Shown piece after piece: positions 13,251-28,040 of a stretch of DNA of 64,000 nucleotides. The translations under genes and the position numbers were made by a program. The stretch is from Epiperipatus broadwayi (Eukaryota > Animalia > Onychophora): positions 9,920,001 through 9,984,000 of the forward strand of contig JAQFVV010000009.1 of NCBI GenBank assembly GCA_028023455.1, in the 5' to 3' direction. The notes beneath the pieces were generated by a model. That model ran no database searches. It saw only the letters and a program-made list of their open reading frames with translations, and had not been told where the DNA came from. The stretch's first letter is position 1. Each line of letters opens with the position of its first letter.

Positions 13251-13919
13251 ATCTCTAATTATAAACATTTTTGCAGTAGTAAAACTTGTTGTATTAAAAT
13301 CTTCTAATCAGTGATATGTTTGAGAACATATGAAAAATAAGTATACATAAATAAAACATCTAATTGTAGAAATTATGCTTTTTTATTTTTAAAGAATGGG
13401 ATAAAACTGAAATTTTGACTAAAGTGATGAGATGATTAGGATGTTATAAAATATGTATATATGCAAATATCTTATTCCAAATAGTGTATATATAATCAAG
13501 CTATATATATCTCAATAACTTACTTGCATTTTACAACTTTTCTACAGTTCAATGAAAAAATATTGTTAACTAATGATTATGAATTTTAGAGCAAAATTAA
13601 TGCTCAAGCTAACTTATAAAAAATAATTAAAAATTTTTCCAATTTAATTTTGTTTTCATAAAAAAACTGTACATACAATCTTAATATTATTATATGAACA
13701 TTAAAATGCAAAGTAGATATTAAAACAAAAATTCAAATATTTGGTTGTAGAATTAGAAAAACATAAGTATAACTGACATTAACTTAATGATTGAAGAACT
13801 TTACTATTATCTAATTATCATTAGACAAATGATGGTATCAGCACATGTATGACATCAATATTTTCTCATCAATAAATGAGAACTATCTCATATTATAATC
13901 AAGCTAAGAAATATTAGAT

Positions 13920-14588
13920 GGGAGACTGAGAATCGGCTGCTCTGGAGCTGCAAAAAAATGCAGCTCTCTTATATTGAATATATATATAAATTTTATTAAA
14001 AATTTAATATATTATAAAATAATATACTAATATACAATTTGTAACTAATTATATTATAATTTAATTAATATAATTAATATAAATGTGTATAAATTATTGT
14101 GACAATTGCAAGTGGTTTAAATTTAAAATAGTGTACCACTCATTGTTTTCTTCAATAAATTATGTGAAAAGTAAACATAGAAGCGAACTGATTGATTCAA
14201 CATCTGAAAACTTTATTATTACTAAAATGCATGAAATTTACTTCAAATTTGAACAAGTTGGCCGAAAACATAATAGTTCAAAAGTCACATTAGTAAATTT
14301 GAATATTGGCATTGTATATTCATATTTATATAAATGATTTTTCCACTGATAAATTTATAATGCAAACTTATTATATTTACTGGAAATTTAAAAAAAAAAA
14401 ATTGTAATTTACCCACAAAAATATTGTATGCAAGCTTAAGCGTTGTTTGAAACTTATATATGTATAGTTAAGTTATTAAATTTATAAATAATGAATGAAA
14501 TTGATTTCAAGTTGCAGCTCCCAAAATTTTAATTTAATCATGTTTTTGTCAAAATGGCTTTGTGACTCAAAAATGTTCCCGATCCCTG
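13920..14588. mobile_element. hAT (Buster/SPIN-like) non-autonomous element
   Basis: Right end GTTCCCGATCCCTG and subterminal GCAGCTC/GGCT motifs at both ends. 8-bp direct repeat TATTAGAT (13912-13919, 14589-14596) fits the nnnTAnnn TSD. Left TIR is degenerate. Confidence 0.65.
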
Positions 14589-15225
14589 TATTAGATCATT
14601 AATTAGCTGGGTTGATTACCTAAAAAAAATAATAATGAACTTGTTTAAAAAAACTGAATTAAAAAAATAACATGATATATAAATCCATTAACTATTGTAT
14701 TATAAGATTCTCATGAAATATGAAAGTATAAAGGTCAGCATCAATAAATATGTGACATCTCCATTACAAATGAACAGAAATATATATGAGTTACTATACT
14801 TCAAATATTCATCACTGATAAGAATCTTGGAATAAAAGGAATTATTATTAAAAATATTATATGACAGTTTTCACAAAAACAATGTAATTCTAATTGTAGC
14901 AGTAGCAAAAGAAAGGCAATTGATTCCCCACAATTAACAAAACTATCCTAAATTTATTATCTTTTGCAGAGAAGGCTTATATGAAAATGTTTTAATGTTA
15001 ATTTAATGTCAGAAGTTCTAACAATTAAAAATATTTGTTAATTACTCTATTACAATTCTGAGGAAATATGAGAAATATTTGAATAAACAAAAAGCCAAAA
15101 TATATAAATGCCAAAAATGATACATGTAACTTTGTCAAAAAAATATAAGTACCATCAATAGAAAATAATATATTTATAAAAATATTTTATAATAAACACT
15201 TTTATTTTATTGTAGTCTAGAAAGT

Positions 15226-15482
15226 CAAAAATAATTACTTCTTCAACCACAGTTGGCATTTTAATATTTAACTTAAAATAAAATATGAGATGTCCAGAAA
15301 TTAATTAATTCAATCCAGGGTTATAAAAAATAGTGTTTGAATTAATTAATTTCTAGACGCTCCACGCATTTATTTCAAGTTAAATAATTAAAAAAAAAAT
15401 TGTAGTTGAAACAATTCTTTTTTGGTATTTGGATATTTTTTACAATTATTTTAATTCAAAATTTAAAACCGAGATTAAAATT
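15226..15482. mobile_element. Foldback/MITE-like non-autonomous element, copy B
   Basis: Colinear and highly similar to 4414-4689, including the internal inverted arms. Confidence 0.7.
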
Positions 15483-16531
15483 ACATCACATTCTGTTTAA
15501 TTCTTGAAAGAAAAATCATGTGCATTAAAGATTATTTATAATCAAAGTATTTCTAAAAAATCAATTTTTACAATCAAAATAAAATAAAAATTCATACAGA
15601 TTTTTTTTTTTTTAAAAGAAAACTTTTCCAACCATGAGAAATCAAGATTTGCTTTTATTTGTTTTAAATAATCAGTAAAGCTTTTTAAATATATATATAT
15701 ATATATTGCTCTCTTGAATGCTTCACTGAAAACTTATTGAACTGATATCAATGTATTTAAAATGAGGCCTGCCAACAGCTCTATAGTAGTCCAATGAAGA
15801 CATTATCCTGAAATATTGTCATATTGCATTATCATCAATTTCTAGACATACAAAATTTGAAGGCATTTCAAAATTTTACCTAAACGACTAATAAACAATA
15901 TAGAGTTTCTAACTTAAATAAAAATATTTAAAAATAATCTAAAGACAATACTAAACGAAATCAATTTCATAAAAAGTACAAATACAAAGAATAGTTACTT
16001 TGAAACACAATACTATGAAAATTTTTATTTTTTAAAATACTTTTGATAAAGCATCATAAAGTCACAAGAATATATATAAAAATTAGAATTTCTTAGTATA
16101 TTCTCTAATAAAAAAATTGAATGGTTAAAAAGTTAGGTCAAAACATGTTCATCTGAATGCTATGAAAATATTTAAGATATACTGATTCTCAATAGTGCAT
16201 AACATATAAAACTAAATTATTTGTAATTTTATGCTAAAACTTTAGGTTGAAAACAAAAGCTTGTCATCATGAGATAACAAAAAAAAAAAACCATGTTCAA
16301 AGATTATAATTTCCATAGTGGGTTTGTTTCTTTTTTTAAAAAACACGAATTGTTAAAATTCAGAATCAGGTATCAAACATGCTGTGTATAAAACACATTG
16401 ATTCATAACTGTGTATATGATATATAAAAGCAAAAAAGATTGATCTGTTTGGCAAAGTTTTCTATTTTATGCTAAATATTTATCATCAAAACGTCAAAAT
16501 TAAAAATGGTAAAACAATTAATATTCAACTA

Positions 16532-18022
16532 TTTTTTTTATCAAAAACGTTTATTGCCAATGTGTATAATGATTAATTAAAAAACAATTAAAAAAATTCG
16601 TACATATAATTTTGGAAATTATTTGAATTCAGATAGGGTAAAGTCTAATTTTGCTCTGAGCTGTGTCAATCAATGTTCATCTGTCCAGCCTATGAGTGTT
16701 TCCAGGTTCTGATAGAGAATTTTCAAGCTGGTCATTATAAAGATGTTTAATTAACAAGTTATATTTGATTTTGCTGAGTCAATCAATTTAACTATTGTGT
16801 TTCTTCATCCTAGATCTAGTTCATGTGCAATGTCAAACTCACTAGTTCGAGGTTTTAGAGGCTCGTAATGATCGATTTGAATCACATTTTGCTGTAAATT
16901 AGGAGTACCAGTCAACTAGGGTATGGATGCTTATTCCTTTTAAGTTGATGCTTTGAAATTGAACAGGTCCCATGTTGATTCAAAAATGTACTGGTGAACA
17001 ATACACTGGTCTTTTTCTCTTATTTTACTGAGTTTTTTAGGAAGATCTGGGCATAAATAATTCTGCTCTCGTTAAACATTAATTCACATTTAGTTAGCCA
17101 GATCCCGTACATCAGAAAAGCAACACAATGGACTATTGTGTATCCCCCTTCTGAAATAACATGCATTAGTAAGTCAATGAAAGATTGCTTATAGTGAAAT
17201 ATTGACCGTATTGTGGTTCTGCAGCCATGCAATGCTTCACATTTTTCAATGAGATGCATGGTTGACTCATCTTCTCTTTTGCATAAGAGGCATATGGGGT
17301 CTAGATTTTTGGAACCCCCTGTATGTAACCAAAAAATAGTTGGTGGGAAGGTCATCCATATTAATCTTGATTACAAAATCGAAAAACTTAGGTTCCATGT
17401 ACCACCAGATTTGTGATCTTGAGCTATGTATTCTTTGATACTGGAATATTATTTATTAACTGGTATGTGTCCTAGTATGAGGTCTTCCCAGGTTTTGGCT
17501 GCAAAGCAAGTGTCATTAATTCCTTTACAATGTTATTTAGCCAGTTTTTCTCAAGTAGTGGTGGTATACTATAGGAATTATTATGTTGGATGTCCTAATC
17601 TGCAGGCAGAGGCTGCTTAATTTTGTTAAGAGATTAAATGAACATTAGATTCTTATTGTTTGGATAGAGTGCAGCAATAATCCATTGAACTTTGTGTGCA
17701 ATTGCATTTTTTAAGGCTGATGGCTACTGTTTTCCCTTTCCAAAAAAGGTGAGGACAGAAGGAGTTTATTTTGGTGATGAATCTGTTAGTGAATTTGCTA
17801 AATAGCTGAAAGTAGGCAATCCTGGGGAACACCAGCATGTTCATAAGTGATGTCTTGGCTTGTTGACCCCTTCCAGTAAGTTTTCTTGGATTACTTTTCT
17901 TCTGGCAGTTGGGGAAAGGAATATAGGGGGGATTCTCCCTTGAAGTAGGTCTCACATTTACCCTTGATAAATCGGCAGTTTGGAGGCTATTACTTCACAG
18001 ATCTCAGCACCACCCCCCAAAA
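16532..18022 (-). mobile_element. 5'-truncated L1/Tx1-like LINE (end of RT, C-terminal zinc finger, 3'UTR, polyA)
   Basis: Minus ORF fragments 17653-17955 and 17020-17355 (CLLCKREDESTMHLIEKC). AATAAA plus A8 at about 16532-16555. 12-bp TSD AATATTCAACTA (16520-16531, 18023-18034). Confidence 0.85.
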
Positions 18023-18489
18023 AATATTCAACTACTTTTACTTAAACCTTCATGGTGTAGCAAAAGTATGTGCTTAAAGAGTAAAATTGCTCTTTTATGA
18101 AAGAGTTAAATTGTTAAAAAATATCAGTTTGTCAGTTGTTAATTCTTAGCTGTGTATAAAGCATAAAAAATAAAAAGTTTCAATACTAAACATTTATCCT
18201 CAAAATGTTAACAGAAAAACAATAAATCATTTATTATCAAGTCCCCTTTTATGTTAAGATCACAATTTGTGAAATAGCATATAAAATGACACAACTTTTA
18301 TTATTGAATTTTCTGCCTTACATACAATGTAACATTTATTCATGATCAATCATGAATTTAAATTTATTTTTATTTAATTAATTCTGTTTAAATAATATTC
18401 ACTAATAAATTATATTTAATACCATTTAAATTTAATTAATACTTGTTAATTTTTCTTCAATTAATTTTTTTGAATTAACAAATAAAGAA

Positions 18490-20575
18490 TATTTTTATGA
18501 GCATTTATTCTTTTGTAAATAAAAGATTAAGATTCAAGATTGGTTTACGTAATTACTTCCTGTTTGGATCTAATAAAAAAATGTCAAAAAAAAAGATACT
18601 TGAAAATCCCAAACAGCATAAAATAAAACCAGTGAGACAAAAAAGTCTACTTTTATAGACAAAAAAAAAAAAGAGGAAAGGATACATTCTAAAATCAATA
18701 ATGAATTTACAACCTAATCCCCATCCCCACCACACTTTTGCAATCTAATATTATACACTAATATAAAAACACTACATATATACAAAATAGATTAAATCAT
18801 AGCTGTGGAAAAAATTTGTTGTTGTTGTTCCAAGAAATTTTATTTAACATACCTATGTAATTACATTTATACAGGAAAACAAATTGTTCAATAGTTATAT
18901 TACAGGAAGATAAATTGTTCAATAGTTATATGACTTGTACTTGAAAACAGATGTCTCTATAAATGTTAGTGGGAAAGACTGTCATCTTGGATGACAGTTT
19001 GAGTGTTTGATGGAGCTATTTGTGCTAATAAAGTTGCATGTTCTTGGGTCATTGCATAATTTGCTTCTGGAAAGTTATGGGTATGTATGTCTGAAAGCTG
19101 GACCATATTCCGCTGCATGCACTTAATTCTGGAGGAGTGTCTTGGATGTAAACAAGAACTTATCCCATTATGAAGTCAGTGCAGGGAGCGCAAACAGCAT
19201 CCAGGTCTCAGTGAATGCAGAATGTGATGACAGGCTTTCATCTCGTTTTTTGATTCTGGTTAAGGTTTTGATGAAATGTTGTAATGCATCTATGTCACTT
19301 CCATCAAACACTATCATGCACCGGACTACCAGATGGAATATGTTAGAAATGTGGAAAGCCTAATCCACAAGGTTTTGGTGCCAAGGCGCGTGAATGGAGG
19401 TAATCATTTGGTAGCTGATTTTGGATTTGGCTTGAATGAGATAACAAATGTGCTGAAGTAGGACAACATTTATGATATGATCAAAAGTTTCAGAACACGC
19501 TACAGAGTTGACAGTAGGGATCGATATTTTTGAAACCTCTTTTATGGACCAGGAACCACTTTGTGGGAAGTGCATCAAGGTTTATCTTGATAATGAAATC
19601 AAGAAATTTAGGTTCAAGATTCCAAAACTTGAATTGAGATATTATCTTTTTGTTTGTTGTGTTTAGATTGGATGCTGGACCATTTGTGTGTTGGTGTTGA
19701 AGTTTATATATATCCCAATACTTTATTTTGGATGCATATATGCTTGCCATGGAGTTGGTGCAGTTGTGGAAGTGTGAAATTATGTAAGAGAGCCAATCCT
19801 GTCAGTGGGATTTACAGGCATTGTTATTTGAAAATTTTCAATTGCTTCAACTAGTTTGTAAATAAGGTTATGTGTTTTTTGCAGTAGGAATGTCTCAGGA
19901 GAGTGTAGTGACATTCCATTGAGGAAGTGAGGGCGACGCATGCCCTCAAGACTGATGGCGACTGTCTTATGATTCCAGAAGAGTTTGGAACACATAGAGT
20001 TAACTTTGTTGAGGAAGCACTTCGTCAGTTTTACAACTGGAAGATAGTAGCAGATTTTGGGGAAAAGGACCATGTTTAGTAGGGTCACTTTTCCATAAAG
20101 GGATAGGTAGACCTTGGAAAGAGATGTGAGTTTGTTTGCAGCTTGGAGCAGTTCTTTTTGTATATGTTTGGTGATTTATGAAAGGGTATCCCAAGGAAGC
20201 TCTGTGGTTGGCCCAAGAAGTTGGTTGATATCTTTTCCCCAGTTGCAATTTTCCAAGCAGTTGACTTCAGGAGGTTGAACTCAAGTTTGTATTGAGTTGT
20301 ATAATTTTCAAGAATTTTATTAAGGGGAACAAGATATTTTTGTGAGGGCAAGATAACACAAATGTCATCCATATATGCAAAGAGACCAATTTCTTTCTTC
20401 AGTCTGGGAACATAAATGCCTGGAAGTTGCTTTTCAATTTGAAGCAGGAGGGGATTGATATAGGCTATGAAAAGTATTGCGCTTAAAGGGGATCCCTGTG
20501 GTATAGAGAGCGTTGTTTGGTTAGAATTGTAGTTTATTGGAATTTCTGTTTAATTTATAATTGCTAACATAGCAT
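18490..20575 (-). mobile_element. 5'-truncated, frameshifted L1/Tx1-like LINE ORF2 (RT core to zinc finger) plus 3'UTR
   Basis: Minus-strand IPQGSPLSAILF (~20480-20500), AYMDDICV (~20370), DPYCQLC...FDHI..C. Homologous to the 48353-49786 ORF. Ends approximate; no TSD found. Confidence 0.85.
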
Positions 20576-23500
20576 TAGGCAGTGTTTAATTTCTAATACA
20601 TAGAAAATAGACATAAGCAGCAATTTATTTCAGATTATAAAGATCACTTGCAGATTTAGTTTGTAGTAATAAAACAAATTTACAATATTTAAAATTTATA
20701 TTTTAAAAATATGAAAGGGGCAGGATAAAGTTTTTAAAAAAAGTAGAACTAATAATACTTTAGAATACTATTTGATAGCAGATCTTCAGTGATTTCTAAT
20801 CTACATCTAGAAGAATAAAAAAATGATACCCTTATTAAAATTTTGATTTAAAGCATGCATTAATATTTTAGAATTAAAAAATAATTAAGTTAGGAAAATT
20901 ATGTTAAACTTTTTGTCTAAAAGCAATTTTAGATATCAAGATAAAAATATGATTCAGCATATATAATATCTTGATTATATTATTATTAGGCACTGTCTAG
21001 TACAGCTGGTCTAGTAGATGCTGAGTACTGATGATTATATGAATAGCATTTTAAAAGAATGAACTATTATTTAATTTTTCAGACTTCTAAAATAACACCT
21101 TTTTTTATTAAATGACAGAACCAATAGAATCCACTCATCTAGTTGATGGTCATGTTTTTAATTTTTTTTCAATGACTAACTTTTATATTCGTGATGTAAT
21201 AGAAAAATACCATAACAAATGGTAAACTGTTTCAACTTAATAATAAAAACTACATACCGTTTTCAGTAATGAGTCCTGATGATTTAATATTAGAATGTAA
21301 TATTGAAAGCATGACTTCAAATTAATAATAATATAAAAAAAATTATAACAAACAATGGCAAGTTAATAATGATATTTTTTTTCTTCTTTTATCAACCAGC
21401 CTCCCTTTACATGCAATTCATTTACATAACAAATATAGAATGAAGATCCATACATAATTAAAATACATAATTTCTGATAATAATAAATATATTTATAATC
21501 TATACACTGCAGTACTGTTTTACAAATAAAGATGAAATTTATTTATCATGCAAAAAAATAAGTATTGCAATACAGAGATGAAAGAGTTTCATATGAACAA
21601 AAGAATCTATTTCTAATTCAGTATCAATAAGTGGGAAGAGAGTTTCGAAATTATGCTATATAACTAAATAATTACCATTAGCAGTATTTCTGAAACTGAA
21701 CAATTTCAGAACCACCCATTATCAGTCATATTTATCAGCAATATTTATAAATAGATTGAAAACATCAATAATATAACTCTAGCAGATATAAAGTCATATC
21801 AAAAAATAGCGATTAGCTTGGGCAGAATATTTTTATTAACTACTGTTATACTAAATTCTTAATGATGTGTGGGCTATCTTTTTTATATTAACACCCACGA
21901 TTTATTCGCCAAAGAAATTTAATAAAAAAATAATATACCCAAAAATTAAATAAAATTTAAATATTTATTATTAAAATAAAATTACAGAAAAAAAAAAGGT
22001 TAAATAAATATTAATATAAAAATAACATTGTGATTGATCAGTAGATTGTGATCGCCAGATTACCCAATGCTTTCACTGCAATATGGGAAAAATAGAGTTT
22101 AATCATTTTATAAATTCAGTTTACTATATCAATATTCTATTTCAAGGAATTAACAATTAAAGATATATATATATATGATCTATAAATCTATTCAAAATAA
22201 ATTCAATATTTATAGTAAAAATCTGTTCCCTTCTCCCCCCTTTTAAAAGAAAATAAATCAGAACGGCATAATTTTATGTGAAAATTTGTTTTCGAGAAAA
22301 CGAATAAAGATCTAATAAGAAATGCATGAGTATAAAAGCTATAAAACAAATCTAAGTTAAAAACTGAAAGAGGTGAATCCTTTAACTTATTTATAAACTG
22401 AAAACCATTTTAAACATCCTGATAAAATTTATTATCATTCAATAAAATATCAAGTTTTCTAAAATATTATAATTTAAACAAATAACTGTTGTTTTTTTTT
22501 TTTAAAGCAGTTTTTACACTACAAAACAGGAATGAATCTCTAGAAGAAAATATTAATTTACAAAGAAATTATAAATGATTTCTAAAAAACAATTAAGTAA
22601 ACATCATACCAGAAATTTAATAGTAATTGTTTTATTCAGAAAGAAAACATGTTGTATTTTAATAATCTTAATGTTTTAACTAGCGAATTATTAATTTTGA
22701 AAATACACAGATTCATAAATTAATTTTTTTTCTAACATGTAAGCTATAATAATATTGCCAATCATGAAGCTAACCAGATTTATTTAAGTAGTCAATGTAA
22801 GCAATTCATTTTTAAGTTTATGTTGTAGCTCTAAATATTGAGATTTTAAAAAATATATTAGGAATAGTGTCAAACTATCATCAATGATGATCAAGCATTA
22901 TAATAATAATTGAAATATTTGCTAAACTGAATTTCAATCTTTGGAACTACCAGCTTTCAAGTCCATTACTTTAACATGAGCAACTAAGCAGGCATTTGTT
23001 AACACTAGATTGCAATGCTTCCTAATAATAATCTACCTTCAGGTTGAGAACTTAATAATATATTTGATACAATGCAAATCCTAATAAATATTTTTTAATT
23101 AGAAAATTAGGTACTTTTGTAGAAGATGTATGATGGAAGTTAGCCACCTACATTTATTTTAATTATCCACTTATAGAGATGTCAAAAAAAATCTTGCAAA
23201 CAATATGAATGACTGTAAGATATTGTATTTAATATTATTTTTTTAAGGATTCTAAAAAACAAAAGAAAATACACAAAACTACAAACGATTGTAATGAAAG
23301 AAAATGTAATATAAAGTGGATCAAAGAAAGTATAATAAGAATGTTTTACAAATGGGAGTCCTTCATATTGGCAGGCACAAATCCTTAATAGAGTGCATCA
23401 TTGCCACAAATGCAACTTCATATATATATAGTTGGTGCAACATAAATTCTGCTAAATAGAAATCAACGTGCTGTCTCACAGTTCCCTGTGCTTTTTGTTT

Positions 23501-26500
23501 ATTCTGTCATAGGAAGATCCAAATTTTAATCATTTTCACACACAAAAAAAACAAGTAATGTAAAAGCTCAAAAATAATATTACACTAAACATAATAAAAC
23601 ACCATCAAATAATGACAACATGTTTAAGTTTACATGCTGTTGTGAAATGGAATTTATAAGCCATTTAGTGCTATTTTTTAAACGTAACAGTAACTTATAA
23701 ATTCATTTTCTCAATATTGTTTAATTTTAATAACTAACACATTTGTTACAATATTTTTGAGAAAATAAATATAAACAAATAGTTAAGGCTCCCGAAAATT
23801 GATAACTAAGACAAACACAGGTGACAAACTTTTGTCATACAAAAGCACCAAAAATGAGTATAAAAGAACTTTGATTAAATATATACCCCCCCCCCCCTTT
23901 GGAAAATTTTAGATTAAAAAGGTATTTTAAATGGAAAGTTAAATTGCTACAAAAAGAGAGAGAGAGGGGGGGGGAGTGTTATTTTAACTGCCATATAGCA
24001 ACTTTCTATTTAAATCATTGATAGATTTATCTGTAAAGGTTAAAATTTTCATGTGCAAAAAAATATTCCTAAAGCAATTTATTTTCTTTTAATAAATGTG
24101 ATTTAAGATGCAGGTAGATTATCATGAATCCAATACAACTAATGCAAAAATTTATTATCTAGACAAAACAGTTAAGATTTATTGTTTTAATTTACAGTTA
24201 AATACATTGTTTTGCTAATATAAATATAACCATATTTTGGATTTTGAAGTGTTATATTATTATATCAACAGTATATTTCAATATAAACAAACTATAGATA
24301 GTAAAATTAATATTTATTTATATTTTCAGCAGAGTTTAGGTTTATAATGAGGAGGGAAAAATTTGTTGAAACCTAAAAAATTCATAAATAAAAAAAAAAA
24401 AATCCTGGAATCTGTATTATAAATTTTTAAGTACCAAATGTCAATTTTGGTGTTAATAACAAATTCATTAATCAAAATTAATATTTTAACGAATACAAAT
24501 TGATAGGAAAAAATATAAATTGCAAAAATGCTACTGATTTTCTTTGATAAATATTGATAATTGACATTCAAGTTTAATATTTCTTTTTAGCAGATTTCTG
24601 AGAATGTTTTCTATCTTTGAATATAATAGGAAAATCTATGAAAATACATTAACTACAGAGGGATTTTATTTTCAACAAGATTACTTTCACAAATGATTAT
24701 TACATATGAGTGATCAGTCATTTTCTATATTAGAAATTATGCATGTTAATTTTACATAATAAACATTAAATTAAACATAGCTTGACTCACATATATAAAT
24801 AAAAGAAGTAATCATTCTCTCTCAGTCTATGAATTAAAATTACTCTAAATATTGAACAATGGATTAAGAATAAAATAAATCGATCTATTCTTAGAACTCT
24901 GATGTTTTAACATTGTTGGTATTCCAGAATGAAATTAATATATTAGCCAGCTGAAATTTAGCACTTAATAAGTATCTCTCTGTTAATGATTTTGATTATA
25001 TTAATTAAATAAAACTTAATATGTAAACATTAAATTAAATATAGATCAATATATATATATAATTAAAGGGAATAAATCACCCTCCTTTTGTTTACATTTT
25101 AACTCTAACTCTGTAAGTAGCTGGAATGTTGCTTTTTTTATTTTACTTAAAAACACAACATAGACTTTTTCTATCAGATTTGAAATTTAAAAATTTTTGT
25201 TCATAACACTCATTTCTCTAATAATTCTATTATTTATTTTGTCATAGTTGTAAAAATATTTTTTTTTTATTAGCATGCAATTTAGAAAAAAAACTTGACA
25301 TTAAAGCTACCTTAAATAGTTTATTGCAGAGAAAAAGCCTCTCCCCACCATTCCACAACAGAGGATGAGTGAAAATAAAAACCTTACTTAAAAGGCTAAC
25401 CAAATGCTGTTTTATGAAAACTTTTATGGCTCCTACTTGTTTTACTTACTAAGAATAGCTAATACCCATTTACTGATCAACAATTAATTGAATATAATCC
25501 CAGATGTGGACATAGCATAGGAATAAACTAACCAGCACATCATAGATATTACTGGCTATTTGATGACACATCAAAATAAAATGATTACACTTAAAAAGGA
25601 TATGGTCATATATTTTAAGCACCACAATTGAATGACCCATAAAGTTATTCTATCCATACCAATGTCTTTATTTCATAATACACTAAAAATAAATTGATTC
25701 TCTCTATTATAATGCAAATATATTCAGTTCTGAGATCATATTAGTAGTACCAGTCGGAGTTGTATGTTCGTTTAACATAACTCAAAATCTGATCACCAGT
25801 ACCTCAAATCCATTCATGCCCAAAATACATGTCAGGAGCAATCATGAATTCTACATACCAGTCTTTAGACATCCAACTTATGAGCAACATTTCCGATGAT
25901 AACAGATGAATTTTCATCAGATCTGACCCATAGACACAGCGGAGAAAACAGAGAAACTCTAAATAAAACATGACATCATGGCAAAACCTCTCATTCAATT
26001 ATAAGTGATTATGAGACCATGATATAGCACACATATATAGACTGATGATCATTTACATAATACATAATTAGATTTCACAACCTAGCCATAACCATTCATA
26101 AGTGGAATAATTGTAGAAAGTGGAATGAACACTGCAATGACTCTAACAACTAGATGAATTTATAATGTAGTTTAATAACAACAACAATAATAATGATTAC
26201 ATGGAGGTATTATTTTCAGCTTTGCACATTGATTCCCTGTCTGACATGATAAATAGATGAACATGTATGTACAATTGGTTAACAGGTCTTATTTACACTT
26301 GGATACCTATATATATATATATTCTTTAAATGTTAATACTCAGGTGTGGTTATTAATATGCCAATAATGATAGACTTAAATAGTAACACAACCATTAAAA
26401 GTAGCACGGTTGCCTAGGAAAGTGATATAAGTAAATGTATGAACCACCTATAATACTCAAAAAGAGTAAAACCTGATTATTTACAATATACTGGGCCCAT

Positions 26501-27614
26501 GCTTGTACAGTATTATTATCCTCAAGACCGCCCTCTACCCATAGTTACATATCTGTTGGAGTTTTGTTCAAGATTTTACAAAATGAAAAGCTTAATAAAA
26601 TTATCTATTGTTGATAAAGCAACATTTACATTTTTTTTATTAATAGATTCAATAAGTTGACAAATCAATAATTCGGGAGCTTGACCATCAGGTTATAACA
26701 TGCATGGGAAGTGTTCATTTGAAATGAGCGAGAAAAGGTTGACAGTCATTTGTTTTTTTTATTGTTATAATAAATGACAATACTGCATTACTAAGGATTA
26801 CATGTTCAGTAATAATCATAACATTACATCTTACAGAGATTCCTAGGCTTATATTAAAATCTAAACATGATAGCAGTGGCAGCATAATGGTAAATCTATG
26901 ATTTCAACCCAACTTTGAGTTGCAAAAGAGTACTTCATCATTATAGAAAAAGTGAGTCAATTATCCATGTCTTTAGTGGAATCAGCTTTATTGAAGATGG
27001 CATTCAGGGAGCTGCAATGGGCCGGTTGTCCCAAGGTCATCCCATGCAGAGCTTCCACTACTTTTGACTATATGTTCCAGAGTCAACTTGTATCCTATTT
27101 CTGAAATTAAATGAGAAGAGGTGGTGGGTTTGAAATCTGACATACCCACATGACAAAGCAAGTTTTAAATAAGAAAGAAAAACCTATGCTGGCAATGCTT
27201 AAAACTGAAAGTCAATAACTACATTATTTGAATTAATACCTATACTGTGAGAATATCAACCATAATGGTATGATGATTTACTGGACTTGCATTAACACAC
27301 GGGCTCCATTAACATAATATTAAATCTAGATTAAAATAGCGAAAACATTAAATGCTAAGCCCCCACCCCCTCCATCATATATAACTTCCACACACATTAA
27401 ACATAAGTAGAACAGTACCCGTAGGTATATGTTGACAGCGAAATAATAAATATATTAATTATGTAGTTTCATTTAGTATATATCAAAAAATGATCAAATT
27501 TTAAATTAAAACTTGTTCATAATGTTGTCTTTGCAACGTAATATATTAAAAATAATTCAATTAAAAATTATTTAATAAGATAACTTTTTAAATAATATTC
27601 TGTTTAATAAACCT

Positions 27615-27658
27615 CACCAACCCGGATTTCGCTTCTATATTGGAGCCTTATCAAGATG
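27615..27658 (-). ncRNA. Minimal hammerhead variant (U3-A8 core), left arm
   Basis: Minus: CATC TTGATAA GGCTCCAATATAGAAGC GAAA TCCGGG TT GGTG. Confidence 0.6.
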
Positions 27659-27923
27659 TAAATACACAAACTTATATTATAATTCTATTTTACAGCAACT
27701 CCATCTACAGGCTTCATTTTACATTACAATATTAAACCTAAAATAATATATTTCCTATTCATTACATACATAATTCCTATTCATTACATACATATTATGT
27801 ATAATTATTTATGTATGTAATGAATAGGAAATATATTATTTTAGGTTTAATATTGTAATGTAAAATGAAGCCTGTAGATGGAGTTGCTGTAAAATAGAAT
27901 TATAATATAAGTTTGTGTATTTA

Positions 27924-27967
27924 CATCTTGATAAGGCTCCAATATAGAAGCGAAATCCGGGTTGATG
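27924..27967 (+). ncRNA. Minimal hammerhead variant (U3-A8 core), right arm
   Basis: CATC TTGATAA G-GCTCC-AATATA-GAAGC GAAA TCCGGG TT GATG. Stem I CATC/GATG, stem II GCT/AGC, self-complementary ATCCGGGT stem III. Confidence 0.65.
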
Positions 27968-28040
27968 AGGTTTATTAAACAGAATATTATTTAAAAAGTT
28001 ATCTTATTAAATAATTTTTAATTGAATTATTTTTAATATA

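Larger units (their letters stand above)
27484..28040. mobile_element. Penelope-like-element-type inverted (palindromic) insertion
   Basis: Near-perfect ~233-bp inverted arms (27541-27773, ~27808-28041). 17-bp direct repeat TTTCATTTAGTATATAT at 27467-27483 and 28041-28057. One hammerhead variant per arm. The PLE assignment is inferred from the ribozyme type and inverted architecture; no PLE ORF is visible. Confidence 0.7.

Noticed and set aside
23429-23452. TAGTTGGTGCAACATAAATT resembling a mariner TIR
   Set aside because: No matching second TIR or transposase remnant found.
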